A DNA stretch of 64,000 bases from an uncultured Frankiaceae bacterium (lineage in GTDB: Bacteria; Actinomycetota; Actinomycetes; BP-191), in the NCBI GenBank assembly GCA_964651395.1, contig CAZYXZ010000001.1:15274-79273 (forward strand), in the 5' to 3' direction. Below are positions 61,920-64,000 of this stretch, in pieces. The position numbers were made by a program, and so were the translations under genes. How positions within the stretch are numbered: the stretch's first letter is position 1; the number at the start of each line of letters is the position of its first letter. The notes below the pieces were generated by a model. That model saw only the letters and a list, made by a program, of their open reading frames with translations. It was not told where the DNA came from and searched no databases.

Positions 61920-62839
61920 CGGTGGTCCTCCAGAGCGAGGGGCACCGCCGCGTCAGCGGGAGGGGGCGCGCTGACGCGGCGGAGACGGTGGGCGTGCAAG
62001 GACAGAAAGCGCTCCTGGCTGGGTCGGGTGAGTCCGCCGCTGTTCAGCCAGCCGGCGGTGGCTTTCTGTGCGCGTCCGATCAGTTCGTGCGCGTGGCTGA
62101 AGTCGGCCGGGCTGACGGTGAGCGGGCAGAGCGGGGGCATCACGTGCAGCTCGACGCGGCCGGCGAAGTCGACGACGTCGCGGATCAGTCGTTGCTGGAT
62201 GAGCAGGCTGATCGCGTGCAGCGCCGAGGCGAGTGCGCTTGCGGGTGCGCTACTGAGCGAGCACGCGAAGCCGGCCGGGAGGACGAAGATCCGGTCGGCG
62301 CCCAGCTCGACCGCTTGGGAGATGGCCGCGTGATCGGCGAGGCCGCCGTCGACGAGCAGCAGCCCGTCGCGTTCGACGGCCGGGAGGATTCCGGGGATGG
62401 CCGCGCTAGCCAGGACCGCCGAGGGCAGGTCGCCGGAGGAGATCAGCACCTCTTCGCCGGAGAGGATGTTGGTGGCGACCACATGGACCGGCAGCTGGGC
62501 CTGGTCGAAGCGGGTGATCGGCAGCCTCGCGGCGAGGAGGCGGCGTAGCCCGTCGTCGGCGAACAGCGCGTCGCGCGCGCCTCGCAGCGCGTGCAGGTGT
62601 CGCAGCGGCTCGACGGGGAAGACGTCGCGTCGGCGTAGCTGCCGCCACGCCGTGCCCAACTCGTCGAGGCTCTCCCAGCTCAGGCCGTGCGCCGCCATGT
62701 AGGCCGCGTTCAGTGCGCCGGCGCTCGTCCCGATCAGCAGGTCCGGGATGTGGCCGTCGCTGTGCAGCGCGCGCAGCATCCCGACCTGGATCGCGCCGAG
62801 GCTGCCGCCGCCGGAGAGGACGAACGCCGTGGTCATCAC
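61916..62839 (-). CDS. Patatin-like phospholipase
   Basis: 'FVLSGGGSLGAIQVGMLRAL' (GGxR/K), 'GTSAG' nucleophile elbow, 'DGG' Asp motif. Confidence 0.8.
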   Translation of the reverse strand: MMTTAFVLSGGGSLGAIQVGMLRALHSDGHIPDLLIGTSAGALNAAYMAAHGLSWESLDELGTAWRQLRRRDVFPVEPLRHLHALRGARDALFADDGLRRLLAARLPITRFDQAQLPVHVVATNILSGEEVLISSGDLPSAVLASAAIPGILPAVERDGLLLVDGGLADHAAISQAVELGADRIFVLPAGFACSLSSAPASALASALHAISLLIQQRLIRDVVDFAGRVELHVMPPLCPLTVSPADFSHAHELIGRAQKATAGWLNSGGLTRPSQERFLSLHAHRLRRVSAPPPADAAVPLALEDHR

Positions 62840-62850
62840 ACGCCGCCGGG

Positions 62851-63288
62851 TTAGCTGCGGGTCTGGACGGCCGCCGCGAGGCGGGCGAGGGTGAGCGCGG
62901 CGAGCATCAGCCCGAAGTCGCGCAATGCGATGTCGTAGTGCCCGGGGATGAGCAGCAGGTTGACGATGATCCCGCCGAGCCAGGCCGCAACGAGATAGCC
63001 GCCGAAGCGCGGCTTCACCAGCACCACGAGGCCGGCGAGGATCTCCACCACGCCGATGCCGTGCATCGCCTGGTGCGCGGTGCCGGGCAGGATGTCGTTG
63101 ATCCGCGGCGCCAAGTAGACCTCCCAGTGCTCGTGGAGCACGTGGGCGAACTTGTCCAGGCCGAACAGCACGGGTGCGACGAAGAAGCCGATGCGCAGCA
63201 GCCAGAACGCCTGGAACGTCGCGTCGTTGCGCAGCCGGTCGGTCGGACGGGCGGACACTGCGGGTACGGAGTGGGTGATCGCGCTCAT
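62851..63288 (-). CDS. DoxX-family membrane protein
   Basis: 145 aa, four TM helices ('LLRIGFFVAPVLFGLDKF', 'GVVEILAGLVVLV'). Confidence 0.65.
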   Translation of the reverse strand: MSAITHSVPAVSARPTDRLRNDATFQAFWLLRIGFFVAPVLFGLDKFAHVLHEHWEVYLAPRINDILPGTAHQAMHGIGVVEILAGLVVLVKPRFGGYLVAAWLGGIIVNLLLIPGHYDIALRDFGLMLAALTLARLAAAVQTRS

Positions 63289-63412
63289 CGAGGGCTCCTT
63301 CTAAAGCCGAGTTGGATGAACGTTAGAACGCCAGACCTCTTGCGTCAACTCCCATTCGTTTTAGACTGTTCGTGACGGAGCAGGACGTCGACATCACGAG
63401 AGGACATGGCTG

Positions 63413-64000
63413 GTGAGTGAAGGTCGGGCCGCACAGATCGCCGGGGTTGCCTCGTTGGCCGACCCGGTTCGACGGGCGCTTTACGACGCCGTCGTGTCCA
63501 GCTCCGACGCGCTGTCGCGGGAGCAGGCGGCCGTCGCCGCCGACGTGCCCCGAGGGACCGCCGCGTTTCACCTGGACAAGCTGGTGGCCGAAGGCTTGCT
63601 CGATGTCGAGTACCGGCGGCTGACCGGCCGCACCGGGCCGGGCGCGGGGAGGCCCGCGAAGCTCTACCGACGCTCAGCCCGGGAGATCGCGTTCAGCGTT
63701 CCGCCGCGACGCTACGACCTAGCCGGTCGCCTGCTTGCCGAGGCCGTGGACGCGGCGAGCACCACCCGGGTCGACGTGCGGACGGCGTTGGCCAAGCAGG
63801 CTCGGGCGTTCGGCGTGCGACTCGCTCGACAGGTCCGTGCCGGCGTGGGCGCCCGCGCTTCCCGCGCGAAGGTGCTGCGGGCCGTGCATGAGGTGCTCGA
63901 GGAGCACGGCTTCGAGCCGCGTTTGGAATCGGCGCGCACCGTGCTGGGCAACTGCCCGTTCCATTCCCTCGCCGCTGAGCACACGTCGCTGGTCTGCGGG
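63413..64000 (+). CDS. Winged-helix transcriptional regulator (ArsR/MarR-like), 3'-truncated by the window edge
   Basis: GTG start; 'ALYDAVVSSSDALSREQAAVAADVPRGTAAFHLDKLVAEGLL' is an HTH. Open to the end of the window. Confidence 0.45.
   Translation, partial: MSEGRAAQIAGVASLADPVRRALYDAVVSSSDALSREQAAVAADVPRGTAAFHLDKLVAEGLLDVEYRRLTGRTGPGAGRPAKLYRRSAREIAFSVPPRRYDLAGRLLAEAVDAASTTRVDVRTALAKQARAFGVRLARQVRAGVGARASRAKVLRAVHEVLEEHGFEPRLESARTVLGNCPFHSLAAEHTSLVCG

Overview
This is a high-GC (about 70%) actinobacterial chromosomal window. Gene starts are often GTG or TTG, and many adjacent genes overlap by ATGA or GTGA, suggesting translational coupling.

The most notable region is an accessory island at about 36.4-50.9 kb. 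It carries a type II CBASS-like anti-phage operon on the minus strand: a SMODS-type CD-NTase, an E2-like and an E1-like gene encoded separately, and a TIR-domain effector of TIR-SAVED size. The CD-NTase gene is interrupted at its 3' end by an IS3-family element (40053-41424, terminal inverted repeats, 3-bp AAG duplication). The displaced 3' segment of the ORF would have ended in -NPGG. Next to this operon is a Tn7-like transposition module (TnsA-like, TnsB, TnsC, TniQ) with two further TniQ homologues upstream of tnsA. CBASS is therefore probably transposon cargo, though the element ends could not be identified by eye.

Other regions:
- A DosR/DevR-like dormancy-type neighbourhood: CBS-domain hrp1-like protein, GAF sensor kinase divergent from a NarL-family regulator, a two-domain small-laccase-like multicopper oxidase and an Acg-like nitroreductase.
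- Copper homeostasis genes csoR-copZ-copA with a CsoR-box-like palindrome.
- A SipW-type signal peptidase paired with a TasA/camelysin-like secreted substrate.
- A signalling cluster: hybrid histidine kinase, a GspE-family ATPase with an N-terminal MshEN c-di-GMP-binding motif and a C-terminal double zinc ribbon, a translationally coupled membrane histidine kinase, and an RsbW-like anti-sigma kinase.
- A PQQ-type beta-propeller fused to a cupredoxin domain.
- A nirK cluster (cupredoxin-extended NirK, NnrS-like membrane protein, DksA/TraR-like zinc finger).
- Housekeeping genes: gcvPA/PB, a pabB-like gene, transaldolase, folE, alcohol dehydrogenase, FMN reductase, Usp.

No rRNA, tRNA or CRISPR array was recognised. 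Many long ORFs in the six-frame track lie antisense to or overlap the supported genes and are treated as high-GC frame artefacts.
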